Shown: positions 8,517 through 18,289, counted from the stretch's first letter. The stretch is 64,000 nt of DNA from an uncultured Acetobacteraceae bacterium (GCA_964246925.1 CAXTSH010000001.1:15348-79347), one strand, 5' to 3'. Notes: generated by a model from the sequence alone, not told the origin. A program made the numbers and translations.

Positions 8517-10435
8517 GGCGGTGCCGCCTCGCGGACCGGCATCGGAATGTCGCCGGCATATTCGGGCACCAGGCGCGCGACGATCGAGCGGGCCGCCGCC
8601 TCGTCGCCGCGGTGGCAGACCGCTTCGAGTTCGTCGAGCGCGCGTCCGACGAAGGCCGGGTCGTTGGTGCGGGGTGTCGCCATCAGCAGCCCCGGATAGC
8701 CGGTCGGCACCGGCGGCTCATGGCCGTGAAACAGCTCCTCGAACAGCTTCTCGCCCGGCCGCAGCCCGGTATAGGCGATGGGGATGTCCTCGTCGGGCCG
8801 CAGTCCGGCGAGCCGGATCATCTGGCGCGCCAGATCATCGATCCGGAGCGGAGTGCCCATGTCGAGCACGAAGATGCCTCCCTCGGCGAGCTGGCGGACT
8901 TCGGCGGTGCCGCGTTCGCCGCCAGCGACGCTCGCCTGCAGCACGAGGCCGACCGCCTCGGTGACCGTCATGAAGTAGCGCTGCATGTCCGGGTGGGTGA
9001 CGGTCAGCGGGCCGCCGCGCTCAAGCTGCCGCCGGAAGATCGGCACGACCGAGCCGGTCGAGCCGAGCACGTTGCCGAACCGCACGGTGACGAACCGGGT
9101 CGCATGGGGGTCGTCGCCCCGGCGCATGTGCAGGCCCTGGCAATACATTTCGGCGAGGCGCTTGGAGGCGCCCATGATGCTCGACGGGTTGACCGCCTTG
9201 TCGGTCGAGATCAGTACCGTCGCCTCCGCACCTGCCGCCCTTGCCGCGTCGGCGACGTTACGGGTGCCGACCGCGTTGGTGAGCAGCCCCTCCAGCGGGT
9301 TCGCCTCCACGATGGGCACGTGCTTGAGTGCCGCGGCATGGAACACCAGTTGCGGCCTGTGGTCCTCGAAGATGGCGCGCAGCCGCGGCCGATCGCGGAC
9401 GTCGGCGACCACCGAGGTCTGCGGTATGCCGGCTGCGATCTCGCCGAGCTCCAGGGCGATCTGCCAGAGCGCGTATTCACTCGAATCGAGCAGCACCATC
9501 GCGACCGGCTCGAGTGAAGCCACCTGCCGGCATAGCTCCGAGCCGATCGAACCACCGGCGCCGGTCACCAGGACGCGGCGGCCGGCCACCAGTCGGCGCA
9601 TGCCGTCGCGGTCGAGCGGAACCTGCTGCCGGTTGAGAAGGTCCTCCAGCGAGACCGGCCGCAGCTCGATCTCGGCGGCATCGAGCAGCACGGTCGGCTT
9701 GGGCGCCCGCCTCACCGCAATCGCGGCACGGTTAGCCGCCTCGATCAACCGCGCCAGCGCCGGGCCGCGGAACTCGGGATCGGTGATGACCAGCGCGTTC
9801 GGAAGCTTGCCCGCGGCCCGTAGCCGCTCGAGGATCGCGTCCGCTTCGTCGACGCGGCCGAGGATCGGCCGGCCGTGAATGCGCCGGCCGGGTTGGTGAC
9901 TGCTGAAGGCCAGCAAGCCGTCGACCCGGATCGGCAAGCCACGATCCCTTGCCACCGCGCGCAGGAACAGCTCCGCGGGCTGGTCGGCACCCACCAGCAG
10001 CACCCGGTCGGCATGTCCGGCCCTTGCCGCGAGGCGACGGGCCTGCGCCAGCCGGTAGGCAATGCGAGGGGCGGCGAGCAGCACGAGCAGGGTCAGTGCA
10101 TGGATCGCCGGGAAGGTGACGGTGGGAAGCGGATAGCCCGTCAGCCGCAAGCCGATGGCGAACAGGACCGCGCTCGCGACTGAGCCGCAGGCGACGCCGA
10201 TCATGTCGGCCAGGCTGGAGAATCGCCAGTATTGGAGTTGCAGGCCGAAGGGCAGGCCCGCGACCAGCAAGGTGATCGCGCCGCCCGCCACGAACCAGAT
10301 CGGATGCAGCAGGCCGCTGCCAGGGTCGGCCAGGTAGCGCGCGATCGGCGCCGCGACGGCGGCAAGACCGCCGTCGAGCAGGACGTTGACGATGATCCGA
10401 TTGACAGCGCGAGGGCTCGCCATGCGGCGGGTCAT
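8513..10435 (-). CDS. Membrane-anchored polysaccharide biosynthesis protein CapD/PglF/WbpM-like (UDP-HexNAc 4,6-dehydratase)
   Basis: 640 aa. N-terminal TM segments, then a Rossmann motif VLVTGAGGSIGSEL and FHAAALKHVP. Confidence 0.9.
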   Translation of the reverse strand: MTRRMASPRAVNRIIVNVLLDGGLAAVAAPIARYLADPGSGLLHPIWFVAGGAITLLVAGLPFGLQLQYWRFSSLADMIGVACGSVASAVLFAIGLRLTGYPLPTVTFPAIHALTLLVLLAAPRIAYRLAQARRLAARAGHADRVLLVGADQPAELFLRAVARDRGLPIRVDGLLAFSSHQPGRRIHGRPILGRVDEADAILERLRAAGKLPNALVITDPEFRGPALARLIEAANRAAIAVRRAPKPTVLLDAAEIELRPVSLEDLLNRQQVPLDRDGMRRLVAGRRVLVTGAGGSIGSELCRQVASLEPVAMVLLDSSEYALWQIALELGEIAAGIPQTSVVADVRDRPRLRAIFEDHRPQLVFHAAALKHVPIVEANPLEGLLTNAVGTRNVADAARAAGAEATVLISTDKAVNPSSIMGASKRLAEMYCQGLHMRRGDDPHATRFVTVRFGNVLGSTGSVVPIFRRQLERGGPLTVTHPDMQRYFMTVTEAVGLVLQASVAGGERGTAEVRQLAEGGIFVLDMGTPLRIDDLARQMIRLAGLRPDEDIPIAYTGLRPGEKLFEELFHGHEPPVPTGYPGLLMATPRTNDPAFVGRALDELEAVCHRGDEAAARSIVARLVPEYAGDIPMPVREAAPP

Positions 10436-10643
10436 AGACCAGGGCGGGGCTGGCTAGAAGGCCAGGAGGTGCCCTGAAACCATGGCTGGTGTCGGGCGGG
10501 TCCGGGGCCGCCGGCCCCGGCGGGTCCAGGGCGGAGCCCGGGCTACCGCGCCGATATGAGGGGCCGGCGCTGCCCGCCCGCCAAGTCATTGCGCCACCGA
10601 ACGAGGCATGCGAAGCCAGACCGCCACTGCAGGTCGGAACCCG

Positions 10644-11603
10644 ATGCGCTTGCCGGCCGGACCCTTCGTTCTCTGCCTTGGACTGGCAGGCTGCGCGGGC
10701 GGCGCCTGCAAGGCGCCGCAGGAGGATTCGGAAGTGCCGCTGATGCGGCTCGGCGCCGAAGAGATCGCGCCCGTCTTGATCAATGGCGAGCCGGTCGGCC
10801 TAATCCTCGACACCGGCGCCTTCGGCACGTCGGTCACACCGCAAGCGGTGCAGGATCTCCATCTTGCGACCCACACCCTCCCGTTGCGCACCGCGGGGAT
10901 CGGCGGAGAGACCTTCAGCCAGGCGACCGAACTCGACCAGATCAAGGTCGGCGGCGCGGAACTCTCGGGGGCTGCAGCGGTGGTGATACCGTTGTCGAAG
11001 GCGGGCCTGGGGACATTCCCAGCCTACGGGCTGCTCGGCCAGGACCTGCTGGTAAACTGGGACCTCGACCTGGACGCCGGCCATGATCGGTTGACCCTTT
11101 ACGAGCCCCAGCAATGTGCCGCCGTAAACCCGCCCTGGACCGGCTCGGCCCAGCAGGTGGACATCCCGAAGGTGCTGACCGGTGCCGCCACCGAATCGAC
11201 CGATATCGCCAAGGGCTTCATCGACACACCACGCCTGCGATCGGCCTATAGCGGCGAGATCCTTTTCCCGGTGACCCTGGACGGTCATGATCTCACCGCC
11301 ATGCTCGACAGCGGTGCCTCCGCCTCAGCCGTCCGGCAGGACGCCGTCGGTCTCGATGATGCGGCCCTGTCGGGCGATCCGGCCCGGCATATGGCGGGCG
11401 CCAGCCTGTTCAGCGTGACGTCGCATCGGCACCAGTTCGCGGACCTGCAGATCGGAGGATCGGACTACGGCCCGATCAAGCTCGATGTCGGAGCCTTCCA
11501 GATCCACGGCGCCGACCTGCTCCTCGGGGAGGACTTTCTGCGCCGCCACCGGGTCTACATTGCTTTTCACGCCGGCAAGCTGTTCGTCGCCCGCGGCGAG
11601 TGA
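10644..11603 (+). CDS. Lipoprotein with two retropepsin-like (clan AA) aspartic protease domains
   Basis: ATG 10644 gives MRLPAGPFVLCLGLAGC (lipobox LAGC). The ORF track starts at 10608. Two active-site-like motifs, LILDTGAFGT and AMLDSGASAS, are each followed by an LLG-D-L type motif (YGLLGQDLL, ADLLLGEDFL). Confidence 0.7.
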   Translation: MRLPAGPFVLCLGLAGCAGGACKAPQEDSEVPLMRLGAEEIAPVLINGEPVGLILDTGAFGTSVTPQAVQDLHLATHTLPLRTAGIGGETFSQATELDQIKVGGAELSGAAAVVIPLSKAGLGTFPAYGLLGQDLLVNWDLDLDAGHDRLTLYEPQQCAAVNPPWTGSAQQVDIPKVLTGAATESTDIAKGFIDTPRLRSAYSGEILFPVTLDGHDLTAMLDSGASASAVRQDAVGLDDAALSGDPARHMAGASLFSVTSHRHQFADLQIGGSDYGPIKLDVGAFQIHGADLLLGEDFLRRHRVYIAFHAGKLFVARGE

Positions 11604-12496
11604 CCCGGCACCTGCGAGCCGCCCCGATGGCAGGCCTGCTGGCGCTCGCTGCCTGCGCGGAGCCGCAGGCGGTGTGCTCGCTCAAGGTGCCTGCCGCCGC
11701 GATCACCATGCCACGCGCGCCGATCGACATCGTCCCGGTCACGCTGGGCCGCATCACCGTGCCCTTCATGCTCGACACCGGTGCCTATCAGACCGCGCTG
11801 TCGCCGGAGGCCGCTGCGTCGCTCGGCTTGAAACCGCCACGGCACACATTTTTCGTCGAAGGCATCGCCGGCCCCGCGCCGTCCTACTTCGCCCTGGTCC
11901 GGCGACTGCGTCTCGGCAACGGAACGCTCTCGAACGGTCTTCTCCTGGTGACGCCGATCTTCGGCCTGCCACTGACCAAGTTCCCCGTTTTCGGCCTGCT
12001 CGGCGTCGACATCCTCGACAATTGGGCGTTCGACCTCGACACCAGGTCAGCGCGGCTTGACCTCTACAACGAGGAGCAATGCATCGTGGCGGCACCCACG
12101 TTCCAGCCTGCCGTTCCGGTGGAGACCCGAGAGGGCAAGGACGCCCACGTGCGATTTCCGGTCGCGATCGATGGACGCAGCTTCGACGCGGTCCTTGACA
12201 CCGGCGCCCACGACTCCGTCGTCAGTGCCGGCGCCGCCGCGCGGCTCGGCGCCGACCTCACCCACGACCGGACGGTGGCAGGCTTCGGCGTGGGACATAT
12301 CCGGTTTCAGGCGAAGGTGCACAGGTTCGAGCATGTCGTCATCGGCGGCCAGGATGTCGGGCCGCTCGAGTTCGCTGTGGCGCCGGCATCGTTCAAGTCG
12401 ATGGACGTCATCATGGGTGCACCGTTTCTCGAGCAGCATCGAGTGTTCGTCTCCGTCCGCCAGCACCGGCTGTTCTTCAAGCCGGATCCGGACTGA
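11600..12496 (+). CDS. Lipoprotein with two retropepsin-like aspartic protease domains (paralogue of 10644..11603)
   Basis: The GTG start overlaps the upstream TGA (GTGA). Lipobox LALAAC. Motifs FMLDTGAYQT and AVLDTGAHDS, plus FGLLGVDIL and VIMGAPFL. Confidence 0.7.
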   Translation: MTRHLRAAPMAGLLALAACAEPQAVCSLKVPAAAITMPRAPIDIVPVTLGRITVPFMLDTGAYQTALSPEAAASLGLKPPRHTFFVEGIAGPAPSYFALVRRLRLGNGTLSNGLLLVTPIFGLPLTKFPVFGLLGVDILDNWAFDLDTRSARLDLYNEEQCIVAAPTFQPAVPVETREGKDAHVRFPVAIDGRSFDAVLDTGAHDSVVSAGAAARLGADLTHDRTVAGFGVGHIRFQAKVHRFEHVVIGGQDVGPLEFAVAPASFKSMDVIMGAPFLEQHRVFVSVRQHRLFFKPDPD

Positions 12497-12537
12497 ACCC
12501 GGGTTCGCCACGCACGGCGCCGCTTGAGCCCGCGACG

Positions 12538-13560
12538 ATGAACATTCCGGTGCTCGGAACACTGGCCGCACTCGCCGGCCTGTCGGCTTTGATCGTTCGT
12601 GCGATGATCGGACGCGGCGTCCTCGACGTGCCCGGCGCCCGTTCGTCGCATCAACATCCCACGCCGAAGGGTGGCGGCGTCGGCATCGCGGCGGCGTTTG
12701 CTCTGGGACTTGCCGCCGCCTGGGGCGACGACCTGGTTCCGGGTCAGGGCACGCAAGTCGCAGCATTGGAGGCCGGTGCCCTGCTGATCGCGGGGGTCTC
12801 CTGGGCCGATGATGTCGTGCAGTTCGGCTTTCGTATCAAGCTTGCCGCGCAGGTCGCGGCCTGCGTCGTGCTGGTCGCTGGCGGCCTGACGATCGACCGG
12901 ATCGGTCCGCTGCCGCTCGGAGTTTTCGGCGCCCCGGTCACCTTCTGCTGGCTGCTGTTCGCGATCAACGCGGTCAACTTCATCGACGGGCTCAACGGCC
13001 TCGCGTCGGGCAGCACGATGATCGCCGCCATCACCATCGCCATCGTGTCGCTGCACGGTCGCGATCCATTCCCGGCGGCGTGCCTGCTGCCGCTGGCGGC
13101 AGGCATCGCGGGCTTCCTGCCATTCAACTATCCCAGGGCCAGGATTTTCATGGGGGATGTCGGCAGTCAGCTCTGCGGCCTCGTGCTCGCCGCGATGGCA
13201 GGTCCTTCAAGCCGTCTTGCCGACCATTCCTGGGGCGCGTTGCTGGTCCCGATGGCGATGGCACCCATCCTGGCCGACGTGGCTTTCACGCTGCTTCGAC
13301 GCGGGCTGGCCGGTGCCCGGCTGACGGAGGCGCACCGCGGCCATCTCTATCAGTTGGCCCACCGTTCCGGCTGGCCAGCGGCGCAGGTCACGCCGGCCTT
13401 CTGGGCGCTGACGCTGACCTGCGCCGTGCTTGCCACCTACGCTTCGCGCGGCCCTTGGGCGATCGCGCTGCTTGGGACGTTTGCGGCCGCCATTCCGGTC
13501 GTGGGCTGCGGCCTGCTGGTCATACGCGCGGCAAAGCGGGCGCCGCTCGGACGCTGGTGA
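12538..13560 (+). CDS. Glycosyltransferase family 4 (WecA/WbpL/MraY-like) polyprenyl-phosphate HexNAc-1-phosphate transferase
   Basis: 340 aa polytopic membrane protein with NAVNFIDGLNGLASG and FMGDVGSQ motifs. Confidence 0.85.
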   Translation: MNIPVLGTLAALAGLSALIVRAMIGRGVLDVPGARSSHQHPTPKGGGVGIAAAFALGLAAAWGDDLVPGQGTQVAALEAGALLIAGVSWADDVVQFGFRIKLAAQVAACVVLVAGGLTIDRIGPLPLGVFGAPVTFCWLLFAINAVNFIDGLNGLASGSTMIAAITIAIVSLHGRDPFPAACLLPLAAGIAGFLPFNYPRARIFMGDVGSQLCGLVLAAMAGPSSRLADHSWGALLVPMAMAPILADVAFTLLRRGLAGARLTEAHRGHLYQLAHRSGWPAAQVTPAFWALTLTCAVLATYASRGPWAIALLGTFAAAIPVVGCGLLVIRAAKRAPLGRW

Positions 13561-13579
13561 GGGAAGGCGACGCCTCCAC

Positions 13580-14020
13580 TCAGCCTCGGAGCTTGAACTG
13601 GATGCCGGACGCGGATCCTGCGAGCTGGGCGCCGTGGGTCACGTCGTCGACGCGGACCTGCACGCCATTGCCGTTGATGTAGAGCGAACCGCCGATGCCT
13701 CTGCCCGCCGTCACCTCGCCGTGACTTTGGTAGTAGGTTCCGTCGAAGTCATGCAGGTGGTGCAGGTTGTAGACGCGTCCATGCCCGGTCAGGGTCGAGT
13801 AGCCGACGGCGGCGACGTTCAGGCCGCTGATCGCGAAATGATAGCTGTGGCCCTCATAATGCAGGACGCCGTCACCCCAGCTCCAGCCGACGCCAAGGTT
13901 GGCCGATTTCGCGTAGATGGTCACCCGCGCGTCAGGCGCCGAGCTGACGCCAGGGTCGGCGGCATAGGCGGGTGCGGCCAGGGCCAGCGCCACGCCCGTC
14001 GCTAAAGCGGCGAAACGCAT
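13580..14020 (-). CDS. Exported protein of unknown function
   Basis: 146 aa. Signal peptide MRFAALATGVALALAAPAYA. Gly-rich beta-type sequence (GVGWSWGDGVLHYEGHSYHFAISGLNVAAVG...). Confidence 0.6.
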   Translation of the reverse strand: MRFAALATGVALALAAPAYAADPGVSSAPDARVTIYAKSANLGVGWSWGDGVLHYEGHSYHFAISGLNVAAVGYSTLTGHGRVYNLHHLHDFDGTYYQSHGEVTAGRGIGGSLYINGNGVQVRVDDVTHGAQLAGSASGIQFKLRG

Positions 14021-14139
14021 GATCTGTCATCCTTTCCTGCCGGCCCGAGGACCGGGGGTTGTGTTCGCCCCCTACATCGTCCGGAAGCCCTGGCGGTTCC
14101 GCTTGCCGCCGGCCTCACTGATCGGCAGGCATCAGGCGA

Positions 14140-14523
14140 TCAGGCCGAGCGGCGCGATCCGTGCTCGCGGTCGGACTTGCGCGGCGGCGCCGCGGCCTCG
14201 GCCATGATCCCGCGCAGGTCGCGCAGGAACGCGGTTCCCTTGACGGTACGCTGCACGAGGACGCTGCGCCGGTCCATCGGATCGACCTTGCGCCGGGCCA
14301 GATCAAGCTCCCCGAGCCGGTCGAGCGCCCGGGTGATGGCGGGCTTGGACACGTTGAGGTCGGCGGCAAGGCCACGGACCGTGTGCGCGCCATCCTGCAG
14401 GTAGCAGGTGAGAAATACGCCGAGCTGGCGGGCGGAAAGGTCCGGGCCGTCACGGCGCACGAGAGCGACGATGGTGTCGCGGAGTGTGGCCACCATGGTG
14501 TCGGTTGAAGTTGCAGCTGGCAT
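14140..14523 (-). CDS. MarR family transcriptional regulator
   Basis: 127 aa. Winged-helix segment LAADLNVSKPAITRALDRLGELDLARRKVDPMDRRS. Confidence 0.8.
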   Translation of the reverse strand: MPAATSTDTMVATLRDTIVALVRRDGPDLSARQLGVFLTCYLQDGAHTVRGLAADLNVSKPAITRALDRLGELDLARRKVDPMDRRSVLVQRTVKGTAFLRDLRGIMAEAAAPPRKSDREHGSRRSA

Positions 14524-14932
14524 TGGGAATTCCCTTCAGGTCAAGAAACGTCCGGCGAACCGGACGGCGCAGTCGGCTTCGGCGCGAAGATCAGCAGGTG
14601 AACCTAATCGATCAAACTCCTATAAGCATCTCGAAACGCTTGGGTTAGTCGCAATTACGTTACCCGCATGTTTCGTTTCTGTCCGGAGCGTGAACCGCGG
14701 GTCATTTCGCACCCAGTGAGGCACTGCAAATCGCGGAAATCAGCCGTTTTCGTCTCGCCAGACGCTTGAGCAGCCGTTGACGTTCCGTCTTCGCACAGAT
14801 TCGTGATCAACGCGTAAATGGCTGGCCCGGCTTGCCGGCGGCTCTCGCCGCGCTGGCATCGATCGAGTCGCGCCGTCGCGCGTCCCCGGCTGGATCAGAG
14901 ACGGCGCAGGATCGGCGGCACGCAGGCTTGCA

Positions 14933-17506
14933 ATGCGCCGGTTGAATGCCGAACCTTTTCGCGTGACGACTCGACGAGTCATGCTCGACCACCGCCGCAG
15001 CGCCTGGACGCCGCGGGTAAGAGCCGTGCTCGGGCCCACCAACACCGGCAAGACCCATCTGGCGATGGAGCGGCTGCTGGCGCATCCGTCGGGCATCATC
15101 GGCTTCCCGCTCCGGCTGCTCGCGCGCGAGAATTATGACCGAATGGTCGCCGCCAAGGGCGAGCGGAACGTGGCGCTGATCACCGGCGAGGAGAAGATTG
15201 TCCCGCCGGGCGCGCGCTGGTTCTCCTGCACGGTGGAGGCGATGCCGCTCGACCGGGATGCCGAATTTGTCGCCATCGACGAAATCCAGCTCGCGTCCGA
15301 CCCCGACCGGGGTCACGTCTTCACTGATCGCCTGCTGCACGCCCGCGGCCTGGTCGAGACCATGGTAATGGGCGCCGAGACCATCCGGCCGCTGCTCGAA
15401 CGCCTGATTCCCGGCGTGACGATCGAGGTGCGCCCGCGTCTGTCGCAACTGGTCGGGAACGGCCATACCAAGCTGTCCAAGCTGCCGCCGCGCTCGGCGG
15501 TCGTCGCCTTCTCGGCGGGAGAGGTCTACGCCATCGCGGAGGCCATACGGCGCCGGCGTGGCGGCTGCGCGGTCGTCATGGGCCGGCTCTCGCCGCGCAC
15601 ACGCAACGCGCAGGTGGCACTCTACCAGCAGGGCGAGGTCGACTTCCTTGTCGCCACGGACGCGATCGGCATGGGCCTGAACATGGACGTCAACCATGTC
15701 GCCTTCGCGGGCCTGGCCAAATACGACGGCAGGCATCCACGCCGGCTCAGCCCGCCGGAGGTCGCCCAGATCGCCGGCCGGGCCGGCCGCGGCATGCGCG
15801 ACGGCACCTTCGGCAGCACTGGCGATTGCCCGCCTCTGACGGAGGCCCTCGTGGATGCCGTGGAGCAGCACCGGTTCGACCCGCTCGAACAGCTCGCCTG
15901 GCGCAACAGCGACCTCGATTTCACCAATCCTGACGCCTTGCTGGCGAGCCTGCTGGCGCCTCCGCAGCAGCCGGGCCTGGTACGCGGCAACGAGGCCTCC
16001 GACGTCGAGACGCTCGCCGCCCTGACGACGGACCCCGGCATTCGCGCGAGGATCACCGGCAGCAGGGAGACCCGCCTGCTCTGGGACGCGTGCCAGATTC
16101 CCGACTTTCGCAAGCTCGCCGACGACACCCACGCCCGGCTGTGCGCCCGGCTGTTCCTGCACGTCCGCAACGAGGGGCGCATTCCGGCGACCCTGATCGA
16201 GCAGAGCCTCGCCAGCCTCGCCCGGGCCGAGGGCGACATCGACACGCTGATGCAGCGGCTGTCGGGGGTTCGGGTCTGGGCCTACGTCGCAGCCCGGCGC
16301 GAGTGGGTCGGCGGCTCGTCGATCTTTCAGGCGCGCGCGCGCGAGGTCGAGGACCTGCTGTCGGATGCGCTGCACGAACGCCTGATCGCCCGTTTCGTCG
16401 ACCGGCGCGCGGCCATACTCAACCGCAAGCTGGACGAGGATGGCGGCCTGCTGTCCGCGGTCACGAGGCATGGCGAGGTGGTGGTCGAGGGGCACCATGT
16501 CGGCCGGCTCCGCGGCTTCGATTTCGAGCCCGCCGGCTCGGCCGGCCGCGAGGACCGCCGTCTGGTGCTGCGTGCCGCCCGCCGCGCGCTTCGTGCGGAG
16601 ATGCCGAGACGGGTCGCCGCCCTGGTCGCCTCCACCGACAGCGACTTCGACATCGACCACCAGTCCCAGGCCATCCTCTGGGACGGCGTTCCCGTCGGTC
16701 GCCTGCGTCCGGGGCGGCAGGTTCTCGAACCCGTCATCGAGCCCTGGCAGTCCGACCATCTCGACGGGGCCGAGCGCGAGCGCATCCGGGGCCGAATGGC
16801 GTTGTTCCTTGCGGCCGCGATCGCGCGCGAGCTGTCCGCGCTGATCGCCGCCGAGCGGCGCGCCGACCAGCGCCCCGATCTGCGCGGCCTCCTCCATCGC
16901 ATACGCGAACAGGCGGGTGTCGTGCCGGGCGCCACCGACAGCATGCTTGATCAGGCCACCCGGGCCGCGCTCGAGCCGCTCGGGGTGCGCGCCGGGCGTT
17001 TCGCGCTGTTTATCCCGGCGCTGCTCAAGCCGCGTGCGCTCGCCTGGCGTGCCCTGCTGCTCGCCGTCCGCAACGCGAGGCCGACTCCGTTGCTGCCGGC
17101 CCCCGGCCTGGTGTCGGTCCCGCGCCCGGACGACCCCGGGCGTCTCGCCATCCTGACCGCCCTCGGCTGGGTCCAAGCCGGTCCGGTCCTGCTCCGTCTC
17201 GACATCGCCGAGCGCATCGCGGGTGAACTCGCGTTTGCGACCCGCCGCCGCCCCTCCGCCCTTCCCGCGGGCCTGGCCCAACGCCTGTCGATTCGCGCCG
17301 AGATACTCGCCCCGGTCTTGCGCGCGCTCGACCTGCGCCTGGCCGGTCCCGTCCCGCTCGCCGACGACGCCTACGGTCCGCCGTCGCCGCCGATGATCTG
17401 GACTGCAGCGCGCAGGCCGCGCCTCCCGGCGCCCGGCGCTGCGCCCGCGTCCGAAGCCGGACCGTTCGCCACTCTCGCGTCACGCCTGCGGCGGGCCGGA
17501 AGCTGA
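14933..17506 (+). CDS. SUV3-like superfamily 2 helicase (alphaproteobacterial helicase preceding S4-fdxA-carD)
   Basis: Walker A GPTNTGKTH, DEIQ box, C-terminal helicase motifs (ATDAIGMGLN, QIAGRAGR). The start is uncertain; ATG 14981 is an alternative. Confidence 0.8.
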   Translation: MRRLNAEPFRVTTRRVMLDHRRSAWTPRVRAVLGPTNTGKTHLAMERLLAHPSGIIGFPLRLLARENYDRMVAAKGERNVALITGEEKIVPPGARWFSCTVEAMPLDRDAEFVAIDEIQLASDPDRGHVFTDRLLHARGLVETMVMGAETIRPLLERLIPGVTIEVRPRLSQLVGNGHTKLSKLPPRSAVVAFSAGEVYAIAEAIRRRRGGCAVVMGRLSPRTRNAQVALYQQGEVDFLVATDAIGMGLNMDVNHVAFAGLAKYDGRHPRRLSPPEVAQIAGRAGRGMRDGTFGSTGDCPPLTEALVDAVEQHRFDPLEQLAWRNSDLDFTNPDALLASLLAPPQQPGLVRGNEASDVETLAALTTDPGIRARITGSRETRLLWDACQIPDFRKLADDTHARLCARLFLHVRNEGRIPATLIEQSLASLARAEGDIDTLMQRLSGVRVWAYVAARREWVGGSSIFQARAREVEDLLSDALHERLIARFVDRRAAILNRKLDEDGGLLSAVTRHGEVVVEGHHVGRLRGFDFEPAGSAGREDRRLVLRAARRALRAEMPRRVAALVASTDSDFDIDHQSQAILWDGVPVGRLRPGRQVLEPVIEPWQSDHLDGAERERIRGRMALFLAAAIARELSALIAAERRADQRPDLRGLLHRIREQAGVVPGATDSMLDQATRAALEPLGVRAGRFALFIPALLKPRALAWRALLLAVRNARPTPLLPAPGLVSVPRPDDPGRLAILTALGWVQAGPVLLRLDIAERIAGELAFATRRRPSALPAGLAQRLSIRAEILAPVLRALDLRLAGPVPLADDAYGPPSPPMIWTAARRPRLPAPGAAPASEAGPFATLASRLRRAGS

Positions 17507-17528
17507 GCTGGACCAGCAGCGGCTCGAT

Positions 17529-17804
17529 ATGTGGCTCTGGTGCGCACGCTTCCGGCGCGCACGCATCGACTGCGCCCGCCTGGTCAGCGCGGGCGGGGTC
17601 CGGATCAACCGCCGTCCCACCGAGAAGCCGCACGCGGCCGTCCGGCCGGGTGACGTGCTGACGATCGCCCTCGGCCACGCCGAACCGCGTGCCGACGGTC
17701 GGACCGGCGGCCAGGTCCGGGTGGTGCGCGTCACCGCGCTGGCCGAGCGCCGGGGACCGGCAGCCGCCGCTCGCACCCTCTATGAGGAGATCCGCGAGGG
17801 ATGA
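17529..17804 (+). CDS. RNA-binding S4 domain protein (Hsp15-like)
   Basis: 91 aa. MWLWCARFRRARIDCARLVSAGGVRINRRP...PGDVLTI is the typical S4/Hsp15 pattern, and the synteny with fdxA and carD is conserved. Confidence 0.75.
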   Translation: MWLWCARFRRARIDCARLVSAGGVRINRRPTEKPHAAVRPGDVLTIALGHAEPRADGRTGGQVRVVRVTALAERRGPAAAARTLYEEIREG

Positions 17805-17933
17805 CAGTCGTGCCGGCGGGCGTCTTGCGCGCGAATGCAAAGCCCGCCATATCCCGCGCCCAGGCGAGGGCCCGGCTCCGCTGCAACGCCGAGACACAGG
17901 CATGATCCGCCCGCTCCGGACCGGAGAGACACG

Positions 17934-18266
17934 ATGACCTACGTCGTCACCGAGAATTGCATCCGCTGCAAATATATGGACTGCGTGGAAGTCTGCCCCG
18001 TGGATTGTTTCTATGTTGGCGAGAACATGCTGGTCATCAATCCGGACGAGTGCATCGATTGCGGCGTCTGCGAGCCCGAGTGCCCGGTCGATGCCATCCT
18101 CCCCGACAGCGACGACCGTGCAACCCCCTGGGCCGAGCGCAACCGGGTATTCTCGGAGGCCTGGCCCAACATCACCCGCAAGGGGAAGGCACCCGAGGAT
18201 GCGGACGAGTGGAAAGGCAAGCCGAACAAGGGCGAGCTGTTTTCCGAGGCGCCCGGCACCCCGTAA
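17934..18266 (+). CDS. fdxA: 7Fe ferredoxin FdxA
   Basis: Started at ATG 17934. [27 protein letters not shown]...[12 protein letters not shown] cysteine clusters. Confidence 0.9.
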   Translation: MTYVVTENCIRCKYMDCVEVCPVDCFYVGENMLVINPDECIDCGVCEPECPVDAILPDSDDRATPWAERNRVFSEAWPNITRKGKAPEDADEWKGKPNKGELFSEAPGTP

Positions 18267-18289
18267 TTTACCCCGGAGCCGTCACGCAC

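Noticed and set aside
14807-17281. 824-aa ORF on the minus strand
   Set aside because: It lies exactly antisense to the helicase gene, which has clear Walker A, DEIQ and motif VI signatures. The product is Arg/Gly/Ala/Pro-rich low complexity with no motifs. This is the typical shadow ORF of a high-GC gene.
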